Source: a virus
Lineage: Duplodnaviria > Caudoviricetes
Length of the DNA: 64,000 nt
Virus record (IMG/VR): IMGVR_UViG_3300036985_005342
Coordinates: 658-64,657 of that record
Strand: one strand, 5' to 3'
Shown: piece after piece, positions 63,951 through 64,000 of the stretch
Layout of the letters: each line of letters starts with the position of its first letter
Position numbering within the stretch: the first letter of the stretch is position 1
Position numbers and translations under genes: made by a program
Notes under the pieces: model-generated
The model's input: the letters and a program-made list of their open reading frames with translations, nothing else
Told to the model about the DNA's origin: nothing
The model's database searches: none

Positions 63951-64000
63951 ACCGGCCAGCCAGAAAACCGCCTCCTCTTCGCCCGCCGACTCTGCCCTTA

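Overview
This window is most of a tailed dsDNA phage genome of podovirus-like organisation; no host chromosomal genes and no integrase are visible. Layout: a truncated HTH (terS-like) gene and a 310-bp dyad-symmetric AT-rich control region (1-680); small early/accessory genes (+, 683-8457) ending in a tandem 'ERDEAR' gene family and two integron attC-like sites; a prim-pol/DUF3987 gene and an HTH gene (-); a replication/recombination operon (+, 11136-21436) with a tmRNA, an HNH cassette at the tmRNA 3' end, three non-canonical tRNA-like folds, Sak4-like ATPase, SSB-like, VRR-NUC, Cas4-like nuclease, SF2 helicase, beta-clamp-like, PolA and HNH-AP2; a long late region (-, 21433-59609) with a ~3,480-aa polyvalent ejected protein, tail genes, two GT25 glycosyltransferases, a Ser/Gly-rich protein, an SGNH esterase, a capsid-Calx-beta fusion, scaffold, portal, TerL and lysis genes; and a second accessory block with an acyl carrier protein, an XRE regulator and a repeat-rich divergence point (62.2-64 kb). 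The strongest unexplained signals are the attC-bounded gene cassette, a dispersed 18-bp palindrome embedded in coding sequence in 27-bp-spaced pairs, the tRNA-mimic/tmRNA cluster, and an apparently split tail-nozzle gene interrupted by a Ser-rich extension plus glycosyltransferases. All protein calls are from motif recognition by eye, not database searches.
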